The translations under genes and the position numbers were made by a program. The notes under the pieces are model-generated. The model made no database searches. It was given only the letters and a program-made list of their open reading frames with translations, and had not been told where the DNA came from. DNA of 64,000 bases from an uncultured archaeon. Its GTDB lineage: Archaea > Iainarchaeota > Iainarchaeia > Iainarchaeales > DTGL01. The stretch's first letter is position 1, and each line of letters begins with the position of its first letter. Location: contig CAZKED010000001.1 in assembly GCA_964551725.1 (NCBI GenBank), positions 1-64,000 on the forward strand. The letters are read 5' to 3'. Positions 47,089-57,549 of the stretch are shown here, in pieces.

Positions 47089-47760
47089 ATGGCGGGAAAA
47101 AAGGGCAAAAAAATACTGATTGCGCCCAGCATTCTGTCCGCGGATTTCGGCAGGCTCGACAGGGAGATAGAAGAAGTGCAGGATGCTGCTGACTTTGTCC
47201 ATGTGGATGTTATGGACGGCGTTTTCGTGTCCAACATTACTCTGGGGAACGCTGTTCTCGGGAAAATTAAATCGAAGAAGCCGCTTGATGTTCATTTAAT
47301 GATTGTTAATCCCGAAAAGCACGTGGAAAAATTCGCGGAAGCAGGCGCCTCAATTATTTCATTCCACGCGGAATCGACAAGTGATGCAGTTAAAACAATT
47401 TCCCTTATCAGCGATGCGGGCGCAAGACCCGCGCTCGCACTCAAACCGGGAACGCCGCTCTCGCAGGTTGAAGAACTGCTCGAGCTTGTTGATTTTGTCC
47501 TGCTCATGACTGTCGAGCCGGGCTTTCCGGCGCAGGAATTCATGAAGTCTGTACTCTTAAAAATAAGGGCGCTCAGGGAAATGAAGCCCAAAATGGACAT
47601 TGAAGTTGACGGCGGAATCAGCCCTGGAACAGCCGGTCTCGCGGCAAGGGCAGGGGCAAACGTGCTTGTCGCCGGCTCCGCGGTTTTCGGAAAAAAGGAC
47701 AGGGTTAAGGCGATTGAGGAAATAAGGAACGCCGCGGAGAGGGCTCTCGCGGGAGAATAG
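47089..47760 (+). CDS. rpe: Ribulose-phosphate 3-epimerase
   Basis: IAPSILSADF, HVDVMDG.FV.N, DVHLMI, MTVEPGF, EVDGGI, VAGSAVF. Confidence 0.96.
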   Translation: MAGKKGKKILIAPSILSADFGRLDREIEEVQDAADFVHVDVMDGVFVSNITLGNAVLGKIKSKKPLDVHLMIVNPEKHVEKFAEAGASIISFHAESTSDAVKTISLISDAGARPALALKPGTPLSQVEELLELVDFVLLMTVEPGFPAQEFMKSVLLKIRALREMKPKMDIEVDGGISPGTAGLAARAGANVLVAGSAVFGKKDRVKAIEEIRNAAERALAGE

Positions 47761-47770
47761 CAAAAGGGAA

Positions 47771-47793
47771 AAAGCGCTCTCCGGGAGCGCTTT
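47771..47793. terminator. GC-rich hairpin after rpe
   Basis: AAAGCGCTC-TCCGG-GAGCGCTTT; core shared with the 44390 hairpin. Confidence 0.55.
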
Positions 47794-48104
47794 ATACATA
47801 AAAAATTCAGGAACTTTTTTTGCATTTTTTCTATTTCATTCCACAGAGAAACCCAAGTATTCGGCATTCTTTCAAGCGAAAGTATTTTAAATATAAAGAC
47901 TATAATTTTACAGAGAAAATTAAAGTGAAACATTACGAGTTTGTAGATTCTACAACAAAGCAAAGGGGTTAAATTTGAGTTTCACTAAGAGAGGCAAATT
48001 TTTAAGTGGACAGAATAGGCATACGCACAGCCCTGCTTTTTCTCAATCCTATAAGCTTAATAAAATAAAGAAAAATAAAAGAGGAGTTTAGGAGGTAATT
48101 TGAA

Positions 48105-51100
48105 ATGAACTGCAAAGGTGCCGAGAAAAATTCCAAGAACGCGTTAACCAACTTCAAAGGAGAGAGAAGCCCGCCGGGGTTTTCCCAAACAAAACGTTTA
48201 TTGCTCTTTGCAGTCCTCTTTACCTCTTTGCTCCTAGCCATCGGCACCGCCTCGGCAACCTTCAGGGTTCGTGGGGACTTCCCGGACACAGGTTTGAACT
48301 ACAGGGTTGAAGCATATGATACGGCACAGGCGAACATGTGCGACGGAACACCCGACAACCCGGGAGTGGATGTAAACTATTTCAGTTCAGTATATGCCGC
48401 GGGAGACAGCTCATATGATGACGATGACGACTATGACGAAACTTCAGGCAGCGACCTTGGGGGGGCTACTCTCGTATACTTCTACCTCTGCGGTCCCGGC
48501 GGAAACGCCGCGGCAAAGGTTGTTGAATTCACAAAAGTGGTGAACGATGGAGACGACCTGGAAATAGACATTGGTTATGTGAACGGTGGGGGGAACACTC
48601 ACAACAATCTGACAGGAGACTACGTGTTCGTGTGCAGCGCTTACGGCGGCTACCTGCTTAGCAGCGTGAACAAGCAGCCAACCGACGGAGAGGGCTACAC
48701 CCAGTACTTCTATATTGACAAGAACTCTGTCGGCACTGACGCGGACAACCCCATTGATACAGCGTATGTTTTCTTCGACAACGACACAACCAATCCCTGC
48801 ACATGGGATGATTCAAAAATGGCGGGAAGGGCAATTGACTTGAACGCCTCCACTCCGGACAACTTTGGCGTTTATGCAACATACGAGCCGGACCAGTTGT
48901 CTTCGGGAGACACCCACATGGTTTTGAGGGACGCGAACATTGCCGTTTACAATTCAAGCGGTAAAAACGTCGGACTTGCACACGTTGGCTCTTTCGCCGA
49001 CGGGGACGGAACGCTTGTCGACTATAACATGTACTTCGACAACCCGGCTTCCGGGAACCTAACAATAGTTTTAACTCCGGACGGAACCCCTGTCTCCACA
49101 GCGCACAAAACAAACGTTTATAATGTTGACAGGACAATTTTTTCCGGAGGAGACTACGACTTTGTAGTGGACGTCAACGAAGCAACGGGAATTTCAACCG
49201 CGCTCAACAAAGTGCGGGTGAACATGAGCAAGGACACCGACGCTGTTTATTACCAGACAGTTCCCACAACAAGCGGGGCTACTAAAGTATACGACCTGTT
49301 TATTGACAACAACGGGACTGGATGGGACGACATACAGTACATGATTGGCGACGTGAACGAATTCATTGCCAAAAGAAACCTGAGTTCTGAAACCGACAGG
49401 CCAATCGATGTGGCAAGAGTGTACGGTGAAACGGACGCAAACCTTGAATCGGGAGACGACATGATTGAAATTTACTCCGATTCAAACTGCGCGGATGCAA
49501 ACATTTTGAATTCACAAATAGAATACCCGACCGAAACTGCAGGGGGAAACGACTACAACCAGTTCTTTGATGTCAACGGAAAGGCAACATTTTACATGAA
49601 GATTAAAATGAGAGACGGAGCAAACGACTACAACACGTGCGGGAACGCATTCACACTCACAAGCCAAGAAGCCAACCAGGACATTACCGTTGATGTGACG
49701 GGAAAAGTGCCTGACGGAAACATTTCAGTTATAGCAGTAGACATTGACCAAGATGGAACGGACGATGCAAACACAGTCAATGTACATTCAGGCGTCTACC
49801 ACGTGTTCAGTGTTACTGATGCAACGCTAGATGAAAATGTTATATTTTACAATGGGCCTTATGCAAACGATACAGTAGAACTGACTAGAATAGAAGACCT
49901 CTCTACAGCGGGAACAAAAACAGTCAACGTTGCAATGGTTTCAGGAAGCACGCACACAATTCTCAACGACGGGGATGCAGAGGACATTATAACAATTCAC
50001 AGCGACGGAGCCTGCACAACGCTTTTGAGCAGCAAGAACGAAAACCCGCTTACGGCAAGAACGCCGGACTACAACCAGTACTATGAATCAAACGGGGACA
50101 TCAACTACTACATTAAAGTGAACGCAAGGCGCAATGCAACAGACTACGTTTCCTGCATAAGGCTGGCCGGCTCGGGAAACGGCGCAGTTGACAATATCAA
50201 CATTGACCAGGCAATTGACGGAAACGCACCGGTTGACGTGCACAGGGTTGGAATCGACTGGACCACAGCAAATACAATCAACGACGTAAATTCGGATGTT
50301 GTTGGCACGGGCTTCCTGGCATTCACGCCATCGGCAAGCGCGGGGGCAGAAGCAAATATAAGGTTCTTCGACGCGAGCGGAAAACTCCTCCTGAGCAGGC
50401 AAAAGGATTTAAGTACAGGGGGAAAACAAGACATAAACGTTGCAAACGTGGGAGGAGACGCTCACACAGTGCTGGAACAGGGTTCGAGCACTATAGCCGT
50501 TTACAGTGGGTTTGACAATACGACAGGCGCATTGTCAACGCTCGTGAGTTCCGAAACAGTTAACCCCGCGGATGCAGGAGGCGCTGACTACAACCAGTAC
50601 TTTGAATACAGCGGCATTGACCAAAACTATTTCCTTAAAGTAACCGTTGTAAAGAACGGCGTTTCCTACGACACAAACGGAAACGTTTTCATGGTGGACA
50701 ACACGCACTTTACGGGAACAACATTCATTGACCACACCGATATGACAATTGACTTGACGGTCGACAAGGACGGAAATGTTACATCGGACATTCACAACGT
50801 GGGAATCGACTACAACCAGGACGGAGTAATGGAAGCATTCGCCCAAGTGCACGGAGGACAGTACCACTTGGTTGCACAGCCAGACGCTGACGGAGTGGAC
50901 GTGAACTTCTACGACAGCGGGAGAAACAGCGTTTTCGGAACGAAAAGAGCAGCGCTTACCGCGGGAAACGTGAAAATCAACGTGAGCAAGGTTTCGGGAG
51001 AACTGCCGAGCGGGTTTGAGGGAGACAATGCCTACCTGCAGTTTGACACCAACACTTGCACAATTAACGTATACGGGGACTTTAACGCAGTTGCAGCCAC

Positions 51101-54100
51101 CCTGACCGGCACTCCGGACTACACGCTTTACTATGACGCAAACGGAACGGACTACAATGTTGTATTCTGCGACGACGATACGGCGGTGGCAAAGACTGAA
51201 CTCTATGTTCCCTTTACCTCGGACTCAAACGGAAGCGTGAGCAGGATAATCAGCGCGGGAAAGGTTTCAGGAGAAGCGCACGCAGGCCTTGAGGGAGCAA
51301 ACGGAAGGGTAAGGATTTTCTCGGATTCAAGCTGCACTGCGGGCAACGAAATAAGCACGCATATCGCTCCAACTACCGACGGAACCAACGCGGACTACAA
51401 TATTTTCTTCTACTCTCACATTGGCGCAGGCACTTACTATTTGCAGGCGGACAGGGCCTCAACATTCGCAACCTGTCAGTCATTCGACCTTGATGCGAAC
51501 GGCGGAACAATGCCGTTGAACATTGATGTTGAAGTGGAAGGAGAGGTTCCCACGGGCGTTGGCAAAATAAGAACTGATGTGAACAGCGCTTTCACAGCCG
51601 ACATTTCCGCAAACCAGTACTACATTTACGCGGGAAAGGGAGATGCAAGCGATATAGTGTACTTCGAGGACGGCGGGGACACAGTCCTTTACAGGACAAC
51701 GCAGGACATGTCGGGAAACGTGGCAAGCCTCGACATTGGAAGGATTGACGGAAACCTGCACGCAAACATTAGCACGGACGACAACGTGCAGGTGTACAAC
51801 GACGCTCACTGCGTTACATTGAGGAGCAGCGAGGACGTGAACGTTGACACAGCGAACTCAAACGTTTACTCGCGCTACTTTTACTCCGATAACGCAGGCA
51901 ACATTTTCCTCAAAGTGAGAGAAGGAAACTACAGGGAATGCATTTCTGTGGAAGAAGGAGACCAAAAGGCAACGATAAAAAACTATGATTTGAACTTTTT
52001 GGTTTACGGAAACCTCGGGGGAGACGTTAATGTAATAAAACTGGATTTGGCGCAGGACGGAACGGATGAAATAGACGCAAACATTGACGAAACAGCAACA
52101 CCTAACACTTATAAAATCTACTTCGACGGAAAGGACGGAAACGCAACATTTGACATAAACTTTTATAACGTAGGAACCAAAAGGCTGCAATTAGCAGGAA
52201 AGGATGCAACAAGCGACCTGAACGTGCACGTCGGAAGGGTTGCAGGAGAAATGCACGCAAACGCGAGCGCGGGAGCAAACGATGCAGTCACGGTTTACGT
52301 TACCTCCGACTGCGAAACAACGCTTGTAAGCAGCCAGACAGTCAATGCAACCGCTGCTGCCGGAGTCGACTACAGCCAGTACTTTGAGGGAGACGACACG
52401 GGCACATACTACGTGCAGTTGGCAAAAGACGGAAAGGCGAGAACATGCTCAAGCGGAATAACGCTCTCAAACCAAGAGAACACAAGCGTTGACTTCAACT
52501 ATGAAATAACCGGAATAATCCCGAACAGGGCATCGCTCGCAACAAAAGACATTAATGCAATAAAAGTCGCCAATTATATAGGAAGGGCGGTACAGCACGA
52601 CTACAATATGTACGTTGAAGGGGAAGGCCTTACTGCAACTGAAACAATCGCGTTCTATGACGACAACGCGGCAACTGCAACACTGCTGCTTACGAGGACA
52701 AAGGACCTTTCAAGCGGAAACACTATTGACGTGAACGTTGCATACGTGAGCGGTCCGACTCACGCAATCCTGACCGCAACGGACGACATCAACGTGTGCA
52801 ACATGGTTCCGGCGAGAACCACCACAGCGCCGGGATACTTCGGCAACTGCGACGTGCCCGGATTCAAGGTAAGCAGCGAGGACAGCACGAATGCGAACGA
52901 CTTCAATGTCTACTTTGAATACGACGGCAACTCGACATACTTCCTTGAAATCGTGGACACCAACGTAAGCACAGACTACAATTCATACCATAAAATAAAG
53001 AATGCAACAAAGGGCGCAATACTCTATGTTCCCTTGGACGGGGTGTTCAACGGAAAAGTAACGGAGGAATACGACACAAGCATTGGAATCGCGGATGCAA
53101 ACGTTGAATTGAGGACAGGCGCTGACGGAACGGACTGGAACGCATACACTTTCACCGTGAGCGACGGAAACTATGCGGCATTCGGCAACACCCTTGCAGG
53201 CGAACAGGACTTCAGGTTCTCCAAAGCAGGATACATTACAAGGGACTGGTCAACGAACGCGGGACAAATGAAAGACCAGCAATTGTCAGCCACACTGGAC
53301 ACAAACCTGCCGTCAGGCGTATACGTAACAGTGGTGGATTCCGGAGGACAGCCCATTACGGACGCGAACGTTGCACTGCTGAGCGATGTTACAACCACGC
53401 CGCACACCGTGCTGACCGGCTGCGTAAAGCCATCAGGACGCTGTCAGAGGGACAGCAACAACTATGCAGGCGGAGTTTACACATTCTCGGGATTCACGCT
53501 GCCCGACGACATTGTAATCAAGGTTTCAAAGCCGGGATACGAAACAGTGCTTGTCCCGGACTACAACGGAGGAACAGCAGTATACCACACCGTCACAAGT
53601 TCGAGCCAGTGGGCTCCAACAATAACGTTCACTAACGTTGCCCCAGGCGCTGTTTCATTGAGAACTCCGCTGGACAACACATACGAGTCAACTACTACGC
53701 CCACACTTAAATGGTTCGACTTAAACGTGGACGAAATAAACTACAAAGTGCAGGTGGACGACGACTTCAACTTCGGCTCAATGGCGGTGAACACCTACAC
53801 CGGGGGAGGAAACATTGTCGCATACACCGTGCCTGCTGCAACGCTGGCCAACGGCTCAACCTACTACTGGAGGGTAAGAGCCTACGATGGAGTTAGCGAT
53901 GGCGACTGGTCGGATATTAGGAGCTTCACGATTGACGGCACTGCCCCGGCTGCACCCACAATAGGAATCAACACAAACGAGGTATACGTAAACACAGTGT
54001 CAATAACGGTAACTGTTACAAGCAACGGGGCATATTACTGCAGGTTAAGCAATGACGGAACAAGCTGGGCGGGCTGGCAGGACTACAATGGAGCGGACAA

Positions 54101-57100
54101 AAACTATCCCTGGACGCTCACAGCGGGAGACGGAACAAAAACGGTTTACGTTGCCTGCAAAAACAATGCGGGACTTGAAGCAAGCAATTCAGAAAACGTG
54201 GTACTCGACACAACCGCGCCGGACGGCGTGAGCATTGCAATAAACGACGGAAACCAGTTCACTACAAGCAGGGACATAACAATTGACGTTAACGCACTGA
54301 ACGCAAAAACATGCGAGTACAGCGTTGACGGAACAACCTGGGACACGGTGACAGACTGCAACACCGAAAACTTCAACACGCCGAACGACCTGCCGGCAGG
54401 AGACGGATTGAAAACGGTGTGGTTAAAGGCAACGGATGCCGTGGGAAACTTCACAACCGCAAGCGCTACAATAACACTGGACACTACAGCGCCTGACACA
54501 GCGCCAACGGCAACCGCAACAGAGAGCGGCAACCAGATTGTTGTAACATGGACAGCCGGCTCTGACGCAACAAGCGGCGTTGACTATTACAACCTTTACA
54601 GGAAAACAAGCGACGGAGTCGCAAAAACGGACACATTCGTGGCAGGCGGACTGAAAGGGCAGTCATATGTTGACTCGCCGGGAGTCAGCGGAAACTTCTG
54701 GTATGCCCTGACTGCGGTGGACTACGCGGGAAACGAGTCGGCAATCGGCACGGATTATGAAGCAGCGGTCGACTTCAATGCGCCGACGGGAACAGTAATA
54801 GTAATAAACGACGGGAACGATTACACTAGGAGCAGGAACGTCACAATTGACACCAACGCTTCGGGCGCAGACATCTGCGAATATTCAACAGACGGATGGG
54901 CAACCGTGGTAGCAATAACCTGTGATTCAGTGAACACCGCGGTAACGCTGCCCGACGGCGAGGGAGTGAAGACTGTATCCTTCAAGGCAACCGATGCGAA
55001 TGCAAACGTGACGAATGCCGCGGACACAATAATCTACGATGCTACTGCACCAAACACCGAGCCGGTTGCAACCGCAGCATTATTGAACAACACTATAAGG
55101 CTCAACTGGACTGCTGCGGCAGACGCACTGAGCGGAATAAAGGAATACAGGGTTTACAGGAACAGGGGCGCAGCGCCAACACTGCACTCCGATTACATGC
55201 TTGTCGGCGGCGTTACAGGGCTTGTTTACACGGACCAGCCCACTTCAACAGGCACGTATTACTATAAGATAGTCGCAGTGGACAATTCGGACAACAACTC
55301 GGACGGAAGCAATACGGTGAACCAAGCGGTTGACTTTAACGCTCCAGTCGGAGTGAGCATTACAATAAACGACGGAAACCAGTACATTACCGACAGGACA
55401 AAAGCAACAATTGACGTTAACGCATTGGGAGCGGACAACTGCCATTACAGTACCGACGGAGGAGCAACGGAAACACCAATAGCGTGCACCGCTGCTGATA
55501 CAGCGATAACGCTGCCTGCGGGAGACGGATTGAAGACAGTAATATTCTACGCAAGGGACTCAAACAACAACGCGACAACGGCAACGGACACAATAAAGCT
55601 TGATTCAACAAACCCGGCGAACGTTACAGGAACGCTTGCAGTTGTTTCAGGACAGCAGATAAAGGTTACATGGAACCAGGGAACGGACGCCACAAGCGGC
55701 GTTGACTACTACAAGATTTACAGGGATACCACAAGCGGGTTCGCTATTGCAGCCAACAAATATCTAGGGGAAACAAAGAACGTGTATTACTGGGACGCGC
55801 CGGGAAGCGGAACATACTACTACAAGGTCACTGCAGTTGACTACGCCGGAAATGAAGGCACCACAACCGATCAGAATCACGCTGAACTCGACAAGACAGC
55901 ACCCCAGACATCATTGCTCAGCATAAACGGGGGAGCATTGTACACTAATTCCGTAAACGTAACGCTGGCTTTGTTCAGTTCGGACAACAATGCTGTAGAA
56001 CACTGCTGGGCAAGCAATGATGGCAATACGTGGACAAGCATTGGAACCGTGGCAAGCTATGCCTGGGCTCTAAGTGCAGGCAATGGAGTAAAGTCAGTGT
56101 TCTACGTTTGCGAGGACTATTCCGATAACAACTCTGCATTGAGCACCAAAACAATAATGCTTGACGCAACCGCGCCGAGCACCCCGGTTGCAGTGTGGCC
56201 GCTGGCTGCCGCGGTGTCAGGAGAAACATTCATGTGGGACTGGAACGCGTCAGTGGATGCCAATGTACCGGACGGGAACAGCGGAGTGCACCACTATTAC
56301 GTGCAGTTGACAAGGAACGGGACATTCCTGCAGGACGAAAACGTTTACGACACGCACTTGACGCTTGTGGGACGCACTCCCGGAGTTTACGTGCTGACAG
56401 TTGCCGGCGTGGACAACGCAGGAAACCAGTCGGGAACGCTGACGTTCTCCAACGTAACGGTTGATTTGACAATTCCAAGCGCTGCACCCACCAACCCGTT
56501 GCTCAATACGGGAGAGAGATTCAAGTGGACAAACAGCACAAGCGTTGACTTCAACTTTACTGCAACGGACGACACGGCTGTTTCAGCATGCCTGATAACA
56601 CCCTACAAGAACAAAGTAGCACAGACAGCGGTGGCAGTTGTTCCGGTAGGAGGAGTGTGCGGTTACACTTTAACCAGCCTGTCAAGCGGGGATTCAGCAT
56701 ATGCTACAATTGACGTTAACGACAGCGTGGGCAACTGGAGCGGCAGCACAGTGAACACAGCAACCTACATTGTTGACACCACAGCGCCTGGAGTCGCAAT
56801 AATCTCCCCGACATCAAGCTCAATACTCAGCGACACAACTCCAACGGTTAGATTCCACGCTTGGGACAGCTACGAGGAAAGCGACGTGAACACGGACTCG
56901 TTCGTGATTGACACCAACGGAGTGACAAGGGTTGTTACAATAACGTGCGACAACAACGCTCCCAACAGCTGGGACTGCAACTTTGATGTATCGCCGGCAT
57001 TCGCTGACCCGAGCACGGACCAGAATCTTGAAGTAACAGTGTACGACAGGGCAGGAAACAGTTCCACTGCAACAGTAACGGACCTGAACTTTGACTCAAG

Positions 57101-57527
57101 CGATTACATAACAGTGGTAGATGTCAACGCGCACAAGTCAAGGGGAACAAATGCCAATACCTATGCAACTGGATGGCAGTGGGACTTCAACATCATTCTC
57201 GGAACAGCTTCGGGCAACGACAAGAACAAGATAAGGTTCAAGCTGGCAAACTTCACTACTAGTTCAAACTATGCTGGGCTGAAAACGCTCGCGGTTGACG
57301 GAAACGCGAGAATGGTCTACGACGCCAACGTCGGCGGAGCACAGTCTACGCAGACGTACAACATACAGACAGACTACAACGCTCAGAGAACAGTATATGC
57401 ACTTTGGGACCACAACCCGAATACCGCGGGAATAGACGCAAACTTCTACATACAGGTGAAAATCCCAAGCCCCATGGCTTCGGGAACCTACAGGTCAACC
57501 TACGGCATAAGGTCGTATAGCAGCTAA
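48105..57527 (+). CDS. 3140-aa secreted beta-sandwich repeat protein (unassigned ~190-aa repeats, FN3/Ig-like domains, no TM anchor)
   Basis: SD GGAGGT; extended signal peptide; about 9 repeats of V.G..H..L...I.VY....C...DY.QYF; FN3-like W...D..SGV..Y..YR...AVD.AGNE; D/N/T/G-rich. Confidence 0.88.
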   Translation: MNCKGAEKNSKNALTNFKGERSPPGFSQTKRLLLFAVLFTSLLLAIGTASATFRVRGDFPDTGLNYRVEAYDTAQANMCDGTPDNPGVDVNYFSSVYAAGDSSYDDDDDYDETSGSDLGGATLVYFYLCGPGGNAAAKVVEFTKVVNDGDDLEIDIGYVNGGGNTHNNLTGDYVFVCSAYGGYLLSSVNKQPTDGEGYTQYFYIDKNSVGTDADNPIDTAYVFFDNDTTNPCTWDDSKMAGRAIDLNASTPDNFGVYATYEPDQLSSGDTHMVLRDANIAVYNSSGKNVGLAHVGSFADGDGTLVDYNMYFDNPASGNLTIVLTPDGTPVSTAHKTNVYNVDRTIFSGGDYDFVVDVNEATGISTALNKVRVNMSKDTDAVYYQTVPTTSGATKVYDLFIDNNGTGWDDIQYMIGDVNEFIAKRNLSSETDRPIDVARVYGETDANLESGDDMIEIYSDSNCADANILNSQIEYPTETAGGNDYNQFFDVNGKATFYMKIKMRDGANDYNTCGNAFTLTSQEANQDITVDVTGKVPDGNISVIAVDIDQDGTDDANTVNVHSGVYHVFSVTDATLDENVIFYNGPYANDTVELTRIEDLSTAGTKTVNVAMVSGSTHTILNDGDAEDIITIHSDGACTTLLSSKNENPLTARTPDYNQYYESNGDINYYIKVNARRNATDYVSCIRLAGSGNGAVDNINIDQAIDGNAPVDVHRVGIDWTTANTINDVNSDVVGTGFLAFTPSASAGAEANIRFFDASGKLLLSRQKDLSTGGKQDINVANVGGDAHTVLEQGSSTIAVYSGFDNTTGALSTLVSSETVNPADAGGADYNQYFEYSGIDQNYFLKVTVVKNGVSYDTNGNVFMVDNTHFTGTTFIDHTDMTIDLTVDKDGNVTSDIHNVGIDYNQDGVMEAFAQVHGGQYHLVAQPDADGVDVNFYDSGRNSVFGTKRAALTAGNVKINVSKVSGELPSGFEGDNAYLQFDTNTCTINVYGDFNAVAATLTGTPDYTLYYDANGTDYNVVFCDDDTAVAKTELYVPFTSDSNGSVSRIISAGKVSGEAHAGLEGANGRVRIFSDSSCTAGNEISTHIAPTTDGTNADYNIFFYSHIGAGTYYLQADRASTFATCQSFDLDANGGTMPLNIDVEVEGEVPTGVGKIRTDVNSAFTADISANQYYIYAGKGDASDIVYFEDGGDTVLYRTTQDMSGNVASLDIGRIDGNLHANISTDDNVQVYNDAHCVTLRSSEDVNVDTANSNVYSRYFYSDNAGNIFLKVREGNYRECISVEEGDQKATIKNYDLNFLVYGNLGGDVNVIKLDLAQDGTDEIDANIDETATPNTYKIYFDGKDGNATFDINFYNVGTKRLQLAGKDATSDLNVHVGRVAGEMHANASAGANDAVTVYVTSDCETTLVSSQTVNATAAAGVDYSQYFEGDDTGTYYVQLAKDGKARTCSSGITLSNQENTSVDFNYEITGIIPNRASLATKDINAIKVANYIGRAVQHDYNMYVEGEGLTATETIAFYDDNAATATLLLTRTKDLSSGNTIDVNVAYVSGPTHAILTATDDINVCNMVPARTTTAPGYFGNCDVPGFKVSSEDSTNANDFNVYFEYDGNSTYFLEIVDTNVSTDYNSYHKIKNATKGAILYVPLDGVFNGKVTEEYDTSIGIADANVELRTGADGTDWNAYTFTVSDGNYAAFGNTLAGEQDFRFSKAGYITRDWSTNAGQMKDQQLSATLDTNLPSGVYVTVVDSGGQPITDANVALLSDVTTTPHTVLTGCVKPSGRCQRDSNNYAGGVYTFSGFTLPDDIVIKVSKPGYETVLVPDYNGGTAVYHTVTSSSQWAPTITFTNVAPGAVSLRTPLDNTYESTTTPTLKWFDLNVDEINYKVQVDDDFNFGSMAVNTYTGGGNIVAYTVPAATLANGSTYYWRVRAYDGVSDGDWSDIRSFTIDGTAPAAPTIGINTNEVYVNTVSITVTVTSNGAYYCRLSNDGTSWAGWQDYNGADKNYPWTLTAGDGTKTVYVACKNNAGLEASNSENVVLDTTAPDGVSIAINDGNQFTTSRDITIDVNALNAKTCEYSVDGTTWDTVTDCNTENFNTPNDLPAGDGLKTVWLKATDAVGNFTTASATITLDTTAPDTAPTATATESGNQIVVTWTAGSDATSGVDYYNLYRKTSDGVAKTDTFVAGGLKGQSYVDSPGVSGNFWYALTAVDYAGNESAIGTDYEAAVDFNAPTGTVIVINDGNDYTRSRNVTIDTNASGADICEYSTDGWATVVAITCDSVNTAVTLPDGEGVKTVSFKATDANANVTNAADTIIYDATAPNTEPVATAALLNNTIRLNWTAAADALSGIKEYRVYRNRGAAPTLHSDYMLVGGVTGLVYTDQPTSTGTYYYKIVAVDNSDNNSDGSNTVNQAVDFNAPVGVSITINDGNQYITDRTKATIDVNALGADNCHYSTDGGATETPIACTAADTAITLPAGDGLKTVIFYARDSNNNATTATDTIKLDSTNPANVTGTLAVVSGQQIKVTWNQGTDATSGVDYYKIYRDTTSGFAIAANKYLGETKNVYYWDAPGSGTYYYKVTAVDYAGNEGTTTDQNHAELDKTAPQTSLLSINGGALYTNSVNVTLALFSSDNNAVEHCWASNDGNTWTSIGTVASYAWALSAGNGVKSVFYVCEDYSDNNSALSTKTIMLDATAPSTPVAVWPLAAAVSGETFMWDWNASVDANVPDGNSGVHHYYVQLTRNGTFLQDENVYDTHLTLVGRTPGVYVLTVAGVDNAGNQSGTLTFSNVTVDLTIPSAAPTNPLLNTGERFKWTNSTSVDFNFTATDDTAVSACLITPYKNKVAQTAVAVVPVGGVCGYTLTSLSSGDSAYATIDVNDSVGNWSGSTVNTATYIVDTTAPGVAIISPTSSSILSDTTPTVRFHAWDSYEESDVNTDSFVIDTNGVTRVVTITCDNNAPNSWDCNFDVSPAFADPSTDQNLEVTVYDRAGNSSTATVTDLNFDSSDYITVVDVNAHKSRGTNANTYATGWQWDFNIILGTASGNDKNKIRFKLANFTTSSNYAGLKTLAVDGNARMVYDANVGGAQSTQTYNIQTDYNAQRTVYALWDHNPNTAGIDANFYIQVKIPSPMASGTYRSTYGIRSYSS

Positions 57528-57549
57528 AAATGAAAAGGAGTAGAATGCT

